Source of the DNA: a virus
DNA length: 64,000 nucleotides
Reading direction: 5' to 3' (one strand)
IMG/VR virus record: IMGVR_UViG_3300036826_000261
Span: 1-64,000 of that record
The notes beneath the pieces are model-generated. The model saw only the letters and a list, made by a program, of their open reading frames with translations, did no database searches and was not told where the DNA came from. Made by a program: the position numbers and the translations under genes. Position 1 is the stretch's first letter. The number at the start of each line of letters is the position of its first letter. Below are positions 28,147 to 37,875 of the stretch, piece by piece.

Positions 28147-29715
28147 ATGCCTGTCTCATTTGCCAACATTCCTGCCAACATAAAGGTCCCATTGTATTGG
28201 GTCGAAGTGGACCCTTCGATGGCGGGTCTGCCAAGTATCAATCTACGCGCACTGTTGGTTGGTATCAAGACCACCGCAGGCGCGGCGCCGGCAGATATTC
28301 CGCTGCCGATCGGCAGTCAGGCGCAAGCCGACGCTGCGTTCGGTCAGGGCAGCGAACTGTCCCGGATGTTCACTGCGTTCTACGCCAACAATTTCGCCAA
28401 CGAGGTATGGGGCTTGCCGGTGGCCGAACCGATCGGCGGTGTCGCGGCGAGCGGCACGATCACGTTCACGACGCCACCGACCGCAGCCGGCACTGTCGAT
28501 TTCTATATCGGCGGCGTGCATGTGCCGGTTAACGTGGCGACGACGGACACCGTGACCACGATGGCGGCGGCAACCGCAGCGGCGATCAACGCGATGGATG
28601 AGTTGCCGGTGACTGCGTCGGCGGCGGTTGGCGTGGTGACGTTGACTTGTCTGTGGAAGGGCATTCTCGGCAACGACATCACGGTGCAAATGAACTACTA
28701 CGGCACGCGCGGCGGTGAAATCACACCGCCCGGGCTCGCCGTGACGCTGCCGGCGACCGGTCAGTTGGCCGGCGGCACCGGCACGCCGATCTTTACCAAT
28801 GCAATCCTCAACATGGGTGAAGAACCGTTCGAGTATGTCGCGATGCCGTACACCGATTCGACGTCGTTGGCGGCGTGGAACCAGGAATACGGTTTCACAG
28901 ATACTGGACGCTGGGGTTGGCAGCGGCAATTGTTCGGCCATGTGTTCTCGGCCAAGCGCGACACCTATTCCAATCTGATCACGTTCGGCGGCACGGTGAA
29001 CTCCGGTGTCGAGTCGATCATGGCGGTCGAAGTCAAGGCGCCGTCGCCGGTGTTCGAATGGACGGCGGCTTATGTGGCCAAGGCGCAGCGCGCTTTGATC
29101 AATGATCCGGCGCGACCGTTGCAGGCGCTGACTTTGAACGAGATCAAGGCCGCGACGATCAACAACCGGTTCAAGTTCTCCGAATTGAACTCGCTGGCGT
29201 CAACCGGGTTCGCGATCCAGAAGATCGGCGGTGATGGTCAGCCGATGATTGCGCGAGAGAACACGACTTATCAGCTCAATCTCTACGGCCAGCCGGACGA
29301 TGCTTATGAGCTGGTCACCACGCTGGCGACGCTGGCCAAGCTGCTGCGCAATCAGCGGCAGGCGATCACCAGCAAGTATCCGCGGCACAAGCTGGCCAAT
29401 GACGGCACCAAGTTCGGACCGGGTCAGGCGATCGTGACGCCGGGTATCATCAAGGGCGAGCTGGTCGCGCAGTACAGTCAGGACATGTTCTCCGGGCTGG
29501 TCGAAGACCTGACCAATTTCAAGGCGCATCTGATTGTCGAGCGCGATCCCGACAATCCGAACCGCGTCAACGTGCTGTACCCGCCCGATTTGGTCAATCA
29601 ACTGCGCATCTTCGCCGTGCTGGCGCAATTCCGTCTGCAGTACGATCGTGGCGTAGACACCGCTATCATCGGACCGGCATCGCCGCCGTTCAACGCCGCG
29701 TCGGGCAACCCATAA
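28147..29715 (+). CDS. Contractile tail sheath protein (Mu gpL-like)
   Basis: SF.NIP.N..VPL.WVE.D, FGQGS.L..M, DPARPLQ.L, KYPRHKLA.DG and AIVTP motifs. Confidence 0.95.
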   Translation: MPVSFANIPANIKVPLYWVEVDPSMAGLPSINLRALLVGIKTTAGAAPADIPLPIGSQAQADAAFGQGSELSRMFTAFYANNFANEVWGLPVAEPIGGVAASGTITFTTPPTAAGTVDFYIGGVHVPVNVATTDTVTTMAAATAAAINAMDELPVTASAAVGVVTLTCLWKGILGNDITVQMNYYGTRGGEITPPGLAVTLPATGQLAGGTGTPIFTNAILNMGEEPFEYVAMPYTDSTSLAAWNQEYGFTDTGRWGWQRQLFGHVFSAKRDTYSNLITFGGTVNSGVESIMAVEVKAPSPVFEWTAAYVAKAQRALINDPARPLQALTLNEIKAATINNRFKFSELNSLASTGFAIQKIGGDGQPMIARENTTYQLNLYGQPDDAYELVTTLATLAKLLRNQRQAITSKYPRHKLANDGTKFGPGQAIVTPGIIKGELVAQYSQDMFSGLVEDLTNFKAHLIVERDPDNPNRVNVLYPPDLVNQLRIFAVLAQFRLQYDRGVDTAIIGPASPPFNAASGNP

Positions 29716-29742
29716 GCATTTCTCAAATAGCAGGAGGATAAA

Positions 29743-30108
29743 GTGGCGACACGCTTCGCAGGGACCGCCTTTGTGTCGGTCGATGGTCAGCAATACGCAT
29801 TGCGCGGCAATTTGACCGTGTCTCCGTCACCGGTCGAGCGCACCATGATCGCCGGCCAGGACGGCGTTCACGGTTACCAGGAATTGCCGCGCGTGCCTTA
29901 CGTGGAAGGTGATTTCTCCACGATCCCCGGCTTCAGTCTTGAGACGCTGTTGACGCAGACCGATTCCACGGTGATCGCGCAATGCGCCAACACTTACGAG
30001 TACGTGCTGCACAACGCGGTGATCAAGGGCGGCTTCGAGGCCAACACCCGCGATGGGCAGGTGCGGATTCGCTGGGAAGGTCTAAATTGCGAAGAAATCC
30101 AACTGTAG
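29743..30108 (+). CDS. Tail tube protein (Mu gpM-like)
   Basis: AGTA...VDG and GQDGVHGY.E.P..P motifs; AGGAGG RBS. Confidence 0.9.
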   Translation: MATRFAGTAFVSVDGQQYALRGNLTVSPSPVERTMIAGQDGVHGYQELPRVPYVEGDFSTIPGFSLETLLTQTDSTVIAQCANTYEYVLHNAVIKGGFEANTRDGQVRIRWEGLNCEEIQL

Positions 30109-30110
30109 CG

Positions 30111-30198
30111 CGTCTAATCGCGACTTAGTCCGCACGTGAAGTCGGACAAGAGCTTAACAGCCGTCTTGCGACAGCCAGAGCGTCGTCGCGATTAGGCG
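30111..30198 (+). ncRNA. Candidate structured intergenic RNA
   Basis: 14-bp closing stem 30111-30124/30185-30198 (one G-U pair) enclosing smaller hairpins. Confidence 0.35.
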
Positions 30199-30248
30199 AC
30201 AAGCAGACATTAGCACAAACCCCTGAAACAAGAAACGGAGCTGGGCCG

Positions 30249-30452
30249 ATGACTCAGCGCACTGACGATCGACGGCTGAAGCATTTCGCCTACACGCATC
30301 TGCCGCCGGCCTATCAAGAAATCAGCAAGCCGTGCTGCGAGCTGGCCGAGCACATGGCGAAGCTGTTGCCGGACAATCCCGAACTGACGGCCGGCTTGCG
30401 CAAGCTGCTCGAAGCCAAGGACTGCTTCGTGCGCGCCCGCATCGAAGGCTGA
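30249..30452 (+). CDS. Small helical-hairpin phage protein
   Basis: F.Y.HLP...Q..SKP and E...GLRKLLEAKDC.VRA motifs; GGAG RBS. Confidence 0.8.
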   Translation: MTQRTDDRRLKHFAYTHLPPAYQEISKPCCELAEHMAKLLPDNPELTAGLRKLLEAKDCFVRARIEG

Positions 30453-30488
30453 ACAAACTCACCGGAAGCCAACACAGGAGTTGTTACC

Positions 30489-30917
30489 ATGTCGATAGCT
30501 GACGCTACCGAAAACGCTATTCTCTTGCTGATTTTCAACGCTACCACCTGGGCGAACTACGCCAACAATGCTTCGACGTCGCCGGAGACCAACATCATTT
30601 GCGCGTTGCACACCGCAGACCCCGGTGACGCCGGCGCGCAGAATACGTCCGAGATCGGCTATTCGTCCTATGCGCGGGTCAACGTCGCGCGCACCTCGGG
30701 CGGCTGGACGGTGACCGCCAACAGCGTCAGTCCGGTCGCCGCGATCAACTTCCCGGCCGGCACCGGCGGCTCCGGCACTGCATCGTTCTTCTCGACCGGC
30801 AAGTCCGGCGGCGGCGCTTCGCCGATTTTGTGGAGCGGTACAGTAACACCTAATATCGTGTGCGGCAGCGGTGTCACGCCGAGCCTCTCGACGGCGACGA
30901 CGATCACGCTTGACTAG
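30489..30917 (+). CDS. Small tail/virion structural protein
   Basis: ENAIL.LIFN, ALHTADPG and Y.SYARV.V.R motifs; AGGAG RBS. Confidence 0.8.
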   Translation: MSIADATENAILLLIFNATTWANYANNASTSPETNIICALHTADPGDAGAQNTSEIGYSSYARVNVARTSGGWTVTANSVSPVAAINFPAGTGGSGTASFFSTGKSGGGASPILWSGTVTPNIVCGSGVTPSLSTATTITLD

Positions 30918-30942
30918 GATGCAGCGTGAAAACCGGGAGATC

Positions 30943-31011
30943 ATGAAGGCGATCGTCTTCATGATTGTCGTCGGGCTGATCGTTTATGTTCTGGCGATGT
31001 GGCTGGGTTGA
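30943..31011 (+). CDS. 22-aa hydrophobic peptide
   Basis: Manual translation MKAIVFMIVVGLIVYVLAMWLG*; GGGAG RBS. Confidence 0.4.
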   Translation: MKAIVFMIVVGLIVYVLAMWLG

Positions 31012-31012
31012 C

Positions 31013-31120
31013 GTGATGCCGTCATTTGCGACGGCGATCACCTTGAGCCAAGCCTGCCAATACCCTGCTTGGCCTCGCCGGGGGCACGCCGTGACACGTC
31101 CCGCCAAACCATGCCTAAGA
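31013..31120 (-). ncRNA. Solo GGY-NN guide RNA cassette 1
   Basis: Minus strand: TAGGCAT-GGTTT-GGCGG-GACGT-GTCAC-GGCGT-GCCCC(C)-GGCGA-GGCCA-AGCAG-GGTAT(T)-GGCAGGC..., ending in a hairpin at 31041-31013. Confidence 0.8.
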
Positions 31121-31126
31121 GCTTTG

Positions 31127-31155
31127 CAGCTAGGTGTGCTCAGCAGCCCTGTCAA
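31127..31155 (-). promoter_or_regulatory. Sigma70-type promoter for solo guide cassette 1
   Basis: TTGACA (31155-31150), 17 nt, TAGCTG; 9 nt upstream of the TAGGCATGG leader. Confidence 0.7.
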
Positions 31156-31175
31156 CCTGTGAAAGTAAATGAATC

Positions 31176-31634
31176 ATGGATAGTTGCAAGGCTATGCGAG
31201 AATGCCTCGAAGAGATGGATGTCGATGGCGCCCGTTCACTCTGGCATCTTATTGCGCCCAACATGCCGCAGCCGAGAAGTAATTACGAGGCCGCTTGCAC
31301 ATTGCACATGGCAAGGACAACCGCAACGTGGATGACACCACGTCAGCGTTATTACAGCCATCGTTGGTGCCTCGATCACGGCGTGATGTCATTGCTGCCG
31401 GATCACGAGAAGCCGGCAGCCGAGCGGATGTATCCGCAAGTCGCAAGTTCGGTCGGCATCTCGGTGAAGGGGATATCCGATCTGACGGCGCCGGTGGTGC
31501 CGCATGTGCGCAGCGCGATGGAGCACGCGGTGCTCGAAGCCTACGCCGACGGCCGCAAGGACGACATTCCGCATATCAAGCTGCGGATGAAAGAGGCGCG
31601 CGCCACGACGATGCGCAAGCTGTTGGGGAAATGA
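31176..31634 (+). CDS. Hypothetical protein
   Basis: Protein-like ORF within the tail operon. Confidence 0.7.
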   Translation: MDSCKAMRECLEEMDVDGARSLWHLIAPNMPQPRSNYEAACTLHMARTTATWMTPRQRYYSHRWCLDHGVMSLLPDHEKPAAERMYPQVASSVGISVKGISDLTAPVVPHVRSAMEHAVLEAYADGRKDDIPHIKLRMKEARATTMRKLLGK

Positions 31635-31647
31635 ATGGAGTGTCCCA

Positions 31648-31920
31648 ATGGCTCAAACGCTGGTGCTGATCGATTACGATCTAGAGACCCACGAAATCAG
31701 GAGGATTATTCATCCGGAGGACGATACGCAGATCGTCCAGCATCCGTGTGAGTCCGGCAATCATGAGCGATGGGGCCGCGTCGAAGCGGATCACAAGCGC
31801 TTTCCGATCGTGATCGATGAAGCAGGAAACGCCCGGCCGCTGTACGGTTTGCAGGAATGCATCGACGAAGTTGAGCGCGTCACCGGACGTCGGCCGCGAA
31901 TGATGCCACATAACGAGTAG
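31648..31920 (+). CDS. Hypothetical protein
   Basis: GGAG RBS. Confidence 0.65.
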   Translation: MAQTLVLIDYDLETHEIRRIIHPEDDTQIVQHPCESGNHERWGRVEADHKRFPIVIDEAGNARPLYGLQECIDEVERVTGRRPRMMPHNE

Positions 31921-31925
31921 CCACG

Positions 31926-34900
31926 ATGGCTACTTATGTTTTTGTTGTCAGTGGCACGACGACCGGCGCACCGCCCGGTGATTATCAGGCCACGGGCTCG
32001 ACCTGGGACGTTATCGGCGGTGGTGGTTCGGGCGCAGTTGCCAGTGGTGGCGTGCAGCCGAATGCTGGTGGCGGTGGTGGTTGGTCGCAGATCGTCAACG
32101 TCGCGTGGTCGTCGGCGCAGACCGTGCAAATCGGTCAAGGCGGCGCGGCGAAATCGACCACCAACACGGCCGGCGCGGCGGGCACCGCGACATGGGCACG
32201 CATCGACGGTGGCGGCACCGCGCCTGCGACGACCGCGCAAGGCGTCTTAGCCAATCCCGGCAGTGGCGGCCTCGTCGGCAGCGGGACTGGCACGGCCGGC
32301 GGTTCGGTCACCGGCGCAGTTGGCACCACGACGCGCGCGGGCGGCAATGCCGGCGCTGAAAATGATACATCGTACGCCGGTCCCGGCGCTGGCGGCGCAG
32401 CCGGTCCGGGCGGCGCGGGCGGCACGGGTGGCGCTGATTCGCAGAACGGTCCGTACGGCGGCTCAGCTGGCGGCGGCGCCAATGGCGGCGGCGGTGCAGG
32501 CGGCGCCACCACGGGCGGGCAAGTTGGCACCCAAGGCGGTGCGTCGATCTCGACCGGCAATCAGACCGGCGCATCGGGCGGCACCACCAATACGGCGCCG
32601 ACAGCCGCGAACGCGGGCAGCAATGGATCAGGCGGCGGCGGTGGCTCTGGTAGTACTTCGTCGGGCACGGCAGCCGGGCGCGGTGGCGACGGCGGCGCCG
32701 GCAAGGAATACGATTCGTCGCACGGCTCCGGCGGTGGCGGCGGATCGGGTGGCGGCAACACCGCAGGCGGCACCAACGGTCAAGGCGGCACCGGTGGTCT
32801 GTACGGCGGTGGTGGCGGCGCATCGGGCTCCGGCAGTTCGGGTCTCGGCACTTCCGGCGCAGGCGCGCAGGGTCTGCTCGCGATCACCTACACGCCGAGC
32901 GGCGGGGCGCCGACGTGGGCCTTTGTCGGCGTCACAAGTGTCGTATCAGTTACAGCAGCAACGCACACGCTGAGCGAACCCGCAGGTGTGCAGCAGGGCG
33001 ACTTGCTCGTTGCTGTGATTTCATCGCGTATTGCTTCCACGACATCGATCACCTTGCCATCTGGCTGGTCGCTGGTCGCTGAGGCAAAGAACAATAACAC
33101 GCTCACGACGTCGAGTGCCGCAGCATCCGGCATGATGGCGTACTGCGTGCGGGGCGCCTCGGCGCCAAGCTTTACTTTTACGCACCCGACTGCACCCAGT
33201 GTTGCGCTAGGCTATGTCGTTGCTTATCGCAACAACGATCCGAGCCCTTTGGACGTCCATACGGCTTGGACCACAGCGACGAACACGACAGCTGTTTCCG
33301 GCGCAGGCGTCACTACGGGTTTTGCTTCAGACCTGATCGTGGTTGGCACCTGTGGCGGTCAGGAGGCGACGTGGACAGCGTTGTCTGCGGCAACCGATCC
33401 GTCCGGGGCTAGCGGCACTGGTGGCCAGACCGGAAACCCGGTGACGGGGTCTTGGCTGGAGCGCGCTGAAAACACTACTACGACCGGCGCCGACACGTCG
33501 TTGGGAATCTTCGATGCGGTACGCGGCACGGCCGGCGCGACTGGCAATATATCGGTCACAGCCGGGACGGCTGCGGCGCATGTGCTCGTCATTGGCGCCT
33601 TCAAGCTTGCGCCGCCCGCTGGCAATAACGGCGCGGCGGCGGGCACTGGTACTGCGAGCGCGGTCGGCACCGGGCTCAAGATCGCGCAGGGTGCCGCAGC
33701 GGGCACATCTACCGCGAGCGCGACCGGCAGTGGTGCGGGCAGCGGCCAAGGCGTCGCGAGCGGCACCGGTGCAGCGAGCGCGGTCGGCATCGGGCTCAAG
33801 ATTGCGCAGGGTGCTGCAGCGGGCACATCTACCGCGAGCGCGACCGGCAGCGGCGGCGCTGTTGCTCCGGCTTTCGTGCAGCACGTTACGCCGAACGCGT
33901 TTCAAGGCGGCAGTTCTGCAAGTGCGACCGGCGCGGCGGTGGGCGTCGGCAATTGCGTCGTCGGCGCGGTGTCGTGGCAGCGCGCCGACACGCTCGATCT
34001 CACGTCGGTCACCGACGACAAGGGCAACACTTACACGATCGTGGATCGTGGAGGCGATCCAGGTAACGCACAGACTCACGTCACTTTCATTCTCTGGAAT
34101 ATCACCAACGGCCCTTCGACGATCACGGCGAACTTCAGCCAGTCTGAAGGCATCAACGACATCGTCTGGGATGAATATTCGGGAGTTCTGACTACCGATC
34201 CGCGCGATGGTCACGCGATCAATCTGCAAAGTCCCGCCAGCAACACCACCGATGCGGCGACGTCGGGCAGCATTACGACCACCGTCGCCAACGATCTGAT
34301 CTGGTCGTCGATCGTTGATTGCCAAGGCTCCAGTCAGAACGGCTACGCGGCGGGCACCGGCTACACCAAGCGCGGCACGTTCTGGCTTTCTGGTTACGGC
34401 GCGACCGAAGACAAGACCCTGGCCACGCCGGGCAGTGTCGCCGGCACGTGGACGCTGACCACTTCGTCGGTTGTTGCGGTTGCGGTGATCGCGCTGAAGC
34501 CGGCTTTGCCGGCTGGTGCCGGCAGCGGTGCGGCTGCGGGCACCGGCGCCGCCAACGGCGTCGGACAATCGACGGCGGTGGCTGCCGGGTCGGCCGCCGG
34601 CACTTCGACCGCGAGCGCGACCGGCAGCGGAGCGAGCAACAGCACGGGGTCGAGCGCAGGCACCGGCGCAGCGAGCGGCGTCGGGCGCAGCACATTCCTC
34701 GCCACGGCAGTCGCGACCGGCACGGGCGCGGCCTCGGCGACCGGGACTGCGGCAGCGGCCGGCACAGGCAATGCGTCGGGCGCGGGTGCAGCGTCCGCCA
34801 CCGGGGCCGCCACGGTGGTGGCGACCGGCAGCACCGCCGGCACCAGCAGCGCGCAGGCGCAAGCCGCCGGGCAGGGCGCGACGTCCGGAACCGGCACGGC

Positions 34901-36650
34901 AACGGGCATTGGGCGGGCCACAGCCGCCGCTACAGCGGCGTCCGCCGCGACCGGCACCGCGACAGCCGCCGGCACCGGGATCGTCTCAGCGCCCGGCGCC
35001 GCTGCGGGAACAGGCGCTGCAGCGGCCACCGGGGCGGCGCTGTTCAGCGCCACCGGCAGCGCGGCGGGAACCGGTATTGCGCTGGGGGTGGCGCCGAGCC
35101 TTGGCAGCGCCACCGGCATCGGTGCGGCCAGCGCGGTCGGACAATCGACAGCGGCGGCGGTCGGCAGCGCGACGGCGACCGGCACCGCCACGGCGACCGG
35201 TACCGGCATCATCTTTTCGCCTGGGGCGGCGGCCGGCACCGGCGCGGCCAACGCCACCGGATCGGGCGTCGGCGTCACACAAGGCGCTGCCGCCGGCACC
35301 GGCGCGGCGTCCGGGGTCGGACAGTCTACAGCGGTTGCGACCGGATCGGCGGCGGGCGTCGGGGTCGCGTCAGGGGTCGGGCTCGCCAGTGCGCAGGGCG
35401 CTGCCGCCGGCCTCGGCGCGGCGTCCGGGATCGGGCGATCGACGGCGCTGGCGACCGGCAACGCGGCCGGCACAGGCACCGCGTCTGGAATTCAGCAAGG
35501 CACCTCGATCGCGGTTGCCGCCGGCACCGGGTCGGCACAGGCGCAAGCCGCTGGGCAAGGTGCCGCTGCCGGTCTCGGCGCGGCCAGCGCGACCGGCCAA
35601 GCGACGGCGCGCAGCCCGGGCAATGCCGCCGGTACCGGCGCGGCACAGGCGCGAGCCGCCGGGCAAGGGGCGACGTCCGGCGTTGGAACGGCTTCTGGCA
35701 TCGGCGCCAGCCTCGCCAGTGCGGTCGGCGCAGCGGCCGGCACTGGCACAGCGGCGGCGCAATCGTTGCAGGGTGGGCTCGGCAGCGCCGCCGGCACCGG
35801 TGTGGCGAGCGGCATCGGGCGATCGACGGCGGCAGCCGTCGGCAGTGCGGCTGGTCTCGGGTCGGCGGCGGCGGTCGCCAGCAGCCTGTCGATTGGCGCG
35901 GCCACCGGCACCGGCGTGGCTTCGGCGGTTGGCGTCGGGGCGAGCAATTCGGTCGGCGCATCTGCCGGAGTCGGCAGCGCGGCGGCGCAATCGCTGCAGG
36001 GCACGGTCGGCGTTGCCGCCGGCACCGGGACGGCCACTGGCGCCGGGGCGGCGTTGGTTCGGCAGCCGGGCAGCGCGGCCGGGATCGGCGCAGCCAACGC
36101 GGTCGGCACCGGCATCTTTGTCGCGGTCGGGTTTAGCTCCGGTCTCGGCGGCGACACCGGCGAGGCGACGGCGCTGGCGTCGGCGCAAGGCCATGCCGTC
36201 GGCACCAGCACGGCGACGGCGCCGGGCAGCGGGTTCGAGATCGGCGACGGCAGCGCCGCCGGTCACGGCGTCGCGACCGGTGTCGCCAAATCGGTCAATG
36301 CCGGCGTCGGCGCGGCGGCCGGGCTCGGCACGCTGCAGGCGGTGGCGCGGGTTATCGGTGCAGGCGTCGCGCAGGAAGCGTCCGATGTCGCCAATGGCGT
36401 CGCTTATTGGGTGCCGGAAGGCACCGCGCAGGAAGCGCCCGACACCGCGCACGGCACCAGCGGCAAGCGCTTCAGCGAGGATTTCATTGCCGAGATCGCG
36501 CCGCCGCCGGAGCTGGCGGGCGAGATCGAACCGACACCGGCGTTCACCGGGCGCAAGCGCTCGGCCGATCTGGTGGCGCAACTGTCCGCCGCGTCCGCGT
36601 TCACTGGGCGCACGCGCAACAGCCAAGATTTTATCGGACGCATGCCATGA
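31926..36650 (+). CDS. 1574-aa Gly/Ala/Thr-rich virion-associated protein
   Basis: Gly-rich N-terminus, two beta-rich domains (GDLLVAVI...LPSGW; VTDDKGNTY) and dozens of G.AAGTG.AS.VG repeats. Confidence 0.85.
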   Translation: MATYVFVVSGTTTGAPPGDYQATGSTWDVIGGGGSGAVASGGVQPNAGGGGGWSQIVNVAWSSAQTVQIGQGGAAKSTTNTAGAAGTATWARIDGGGTAPATTAQGVLANPGSGGLVGSGTGTAGGSVTGAVGTTTRAGGNAGAENDTSYAGPGAGGAAGPGGAGGTGGADSQNGPYGGSAGGGANGGGGAGGATTGGQVGTQGGASISTGNQTGASGGTTNTAPTAANAGSNGSGGGGGSGSTSSGTAAGRGGDGGAGKEYDSSHGSGGGGGSGGGNTAGGTNGQGGTGGLYGGGGGASGSGSSGLGTSGAGAQGLLAITYTPSGGAPTWAFVGVTSVVSVTAATHTLSEPAGVQQGDLLVAVISSRIASTTSITLPSGWSLVAEAKNNNTLTTSSAAASGMMAYCVRGASAPSFTFTHPTAPSVALGYVVAYRNNDPSPLDVHTAWTTATNTTAVSGAGVTTGFASDLIVVGTCGGQEATWTALSAATDPSGASGTGGQTGNPVTGSWLERAENTTTTGADTSLGIFDAVRGTAGATGNISVTAGTAAAHVLVIGAFKLAPPAGNNGAAAGTGTASAVGTGLKIAQGAAAGTSTASATGSGAGSGQGVASGTGAASAVGIGLKIAQGAAAGTSTASATGSGGAVAPAFVQHVTPNAFQGGSSASATGAAVGVGNCVVGAVSWQRADTLDLTSVTDDKGNTYTIVDRGGDPGNAQTHVTFILWNITNGPSTITANFSQSEGINDIVWDEYSGVLTTDPRDGHAINLQSPASNTTDAATSGSITTTVANDLIWSSIVDCQGSSQNGYAAGTGYTKRGTFWLSGYGATEDKTLATPGSVAGTWTLTTSSVVAVAVIALKPALPAGAGSGAAAGTGAANGVGQSTAVAAGSAAGTSTASATGSGASNSTGSSAGTGAASGVGRSTFLATAVATGTGAASATGTAAAAGTGNASGAGAASATGAATVVATGSTAGTSSAQAQAAGQGATSGTGTATGIGRATAAATAASAATGTATAAGTGIVSAPGAAAGTGAAAATGAALFSATGSAAGTGIALGVAPSLGSATGIGAASAVGQSTAAAVGSATATGTATATGTGIIFSPGAAAGTGAANATGSGVGVTQGAAAGTGAASGVGQSTAVATGSAAGVGVASGVGLASAQGAAAGLGAASGIGRSTALATGNAAGTGTASGIQQGTSIAVAAGTGSAQAQAAGQGAAAGLGAASATGQATARSPGNAAGTGAAQARAAGQGATSGVGTASGIGASLASAVGAAAGTGTAAAQSLQGGLGSAAGTGVASGIGRSTAAAVGSAAGLGSAAAVASSLSIGAATGTGVASAVGVGASNSVGASAGVGSAAAQSLQGTVGVAAGTGTATGAGAALVRQPGSAAGIGAANAVGTGIFVAVGFSSGLGGDTGEATALASAQGHAVGTSTATAPGSGFEIGDGSAAGHGVATGVAKSVNAGVGAAAGLGTLQAVARVIGAGVAQEASDVANGVAYWVPEGTAQEAPDTAHGTSGKRFSEDFIAEIAPPPELAGEIEPTPAFTGRKRSADLVAQLSAASAFTGRTRNSQDFIGRMP

Positions 36651-37069
36651 ACCTTGTCGATCTGTTTGCAGGAGATGACTGGCAACTGAACTTCACGCTG
36701 CTCAACGCGGACGGCACGCCGTTCGATCTGACCGGCGGTCCGCAACTGCTGTGGACTTTGCTTAATCGGCTGAACCATCGGCTGATCGAATCCAACGAAG
36801 TCACTTACTCGATCACCAACGCGACTGCAGGTCAGTTCTCGGTATTGGTGCCGGCGATGATCACGACACGGCTGGCGGCGGCGATCTGCGAGCACGTGTT
36901 GCGGGTGATCTCCGGCGGTGTCGCCGCGACGCCATTCGCTGGACAGATCAACGTGCATGTCGATCCGTGGGCGGCGGCGCCGGCACCGTCGCAGAGCAAC
37001 GTCGTCAACATGACGGCGAAGCTGCGTCGTGATCAGGATCGCGCGGCCGGCGAAGGGCGGGTCGGATGA
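36647..37069 (+). CDS. BppU-like Ig-fold tail/baseplate protein
   Basis: GDDW...FTL...DGTPFDLTG and AT.GQF.V motifs. Confidence 0.65.
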   Translation: MNLVDLFAGDDWQLNFTLLNADGTPFDLTGGPQLLWTLLNRLNHRLIESNEVTYSITNATAGQFSVLVPAMITTRLAAAICEHVLRVISGGVAATPFAGQINVHVDPWAAAPAPSQSNVVNMTAKLRRDQDRAAGEGRVG

Positions 37070-37440
37070 CCGTCAGCTATATCGCGGCGCTGAAGACCAC
37101 GCGGATGCAGGCGGTGATCAACGCGATCGATGCCGGCACGGCGGGCACGCTGGAGATGGGCACCGCCGGTATGGGCACGGTGCTGGTGACGTTCAGCCTG
37201 AACAAGCCGTCGTTCTCGCTGTCGGGCGACACCATCACGATGATCGGCGCGCCGAAATTCGCTGCCGCCAGCGCCACCGGCACGGCCGCCAATGCGCGGA
37301 TCAGGAGCAGCACCGGCAGCGTCATCGTGTCGGGTTTGACGATCGACACCGCTGGCGCCGACATCAACTTGAACGACACCAACATCGTGGCCGGCCAGAA
37401 CGTCACGCTGTCGAGTTTCTCGATTACGCATGCACCATAG
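37066..37440 (+). CDS. Small virion structural protein
   Basis: ATGTA..ARI and DI.L...NI.AGQ.VT.SS..ITH motifs. Confidence 0.7.
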   Translation: MTVSYIAALKTTRMQAVINAIDAGTAGTLEMGTAGMGTVLVTFSLNKPSFSLSGDTITMIGAPKFAAASATGTAANARIRSSTGSVIVSGLTIDTAGADINLNDTNIVAGQNVTLSSFSITHAP

Positions 37441-37449
37441 GGAGAGCAC

Positions 37450-37875
37450 ATGAATAAGCCCGAACGCGAAGGCTTTGTGAAAGACGAACCGGTCGAGATG
37501 AAGGACGTCACGCCGCAACATGACACTGAACTGGATTTGCCGCAGGACGCGCCGGAATGGCCGCTGACGATCAAGCTGCTGCACAAGCCGATCCAGAAAT
37601 CGCGCACCGAGATGCTGCACGAGATCACGTTTCGCGAGCCGAATACGCTCGACATCGTCCGCTGCGGCGGCAACCCGTGTCGGATCGAAATCGCCGATGT
37701 CGGCGGCAGTCGCGCGGTGTTCAACGCCGTGATCGACGACCGCAAGATGATGACGCTGATGGCCAATCTGTCCGGGCTGCTGGAGCCGCAGATTCAGAAG
37801 ATGGACCCGCGAGACTATAACAGTTGCGCTTATCGGTTGCGCAGCTTTTTTCTCCCGGAGCAAGGTCTCTTCTAG
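37450..37875 (+). CDS. Tail assembly chaperone (Mu gp41/P2 gpE-like)
   Basis: L.KPI, I.FREP...DI, MDPRDY and FF C-terminal motifs; precedes the tape measure gene. Confidence 0.85.
   Translation: MNKPEREGFVKDEPVEMKDVTPQHDTELDLPQDAPEWPLTIKLLHKPIQKSRTEMLHEITFREPNTLDIVRCGGNPCRIEIADVGGSRAVFNAVIDDRKMMTLMANLSGLLEPQIQKMDPRDYNSCAYRLRSFFLPEQGLF

Noticed and set aside
32263-36678. Long alternative-frame and antisense ORFs over the 1574-aa gene
   Set aside because: Shadow ORFs caused by high GC and repetitive codons.
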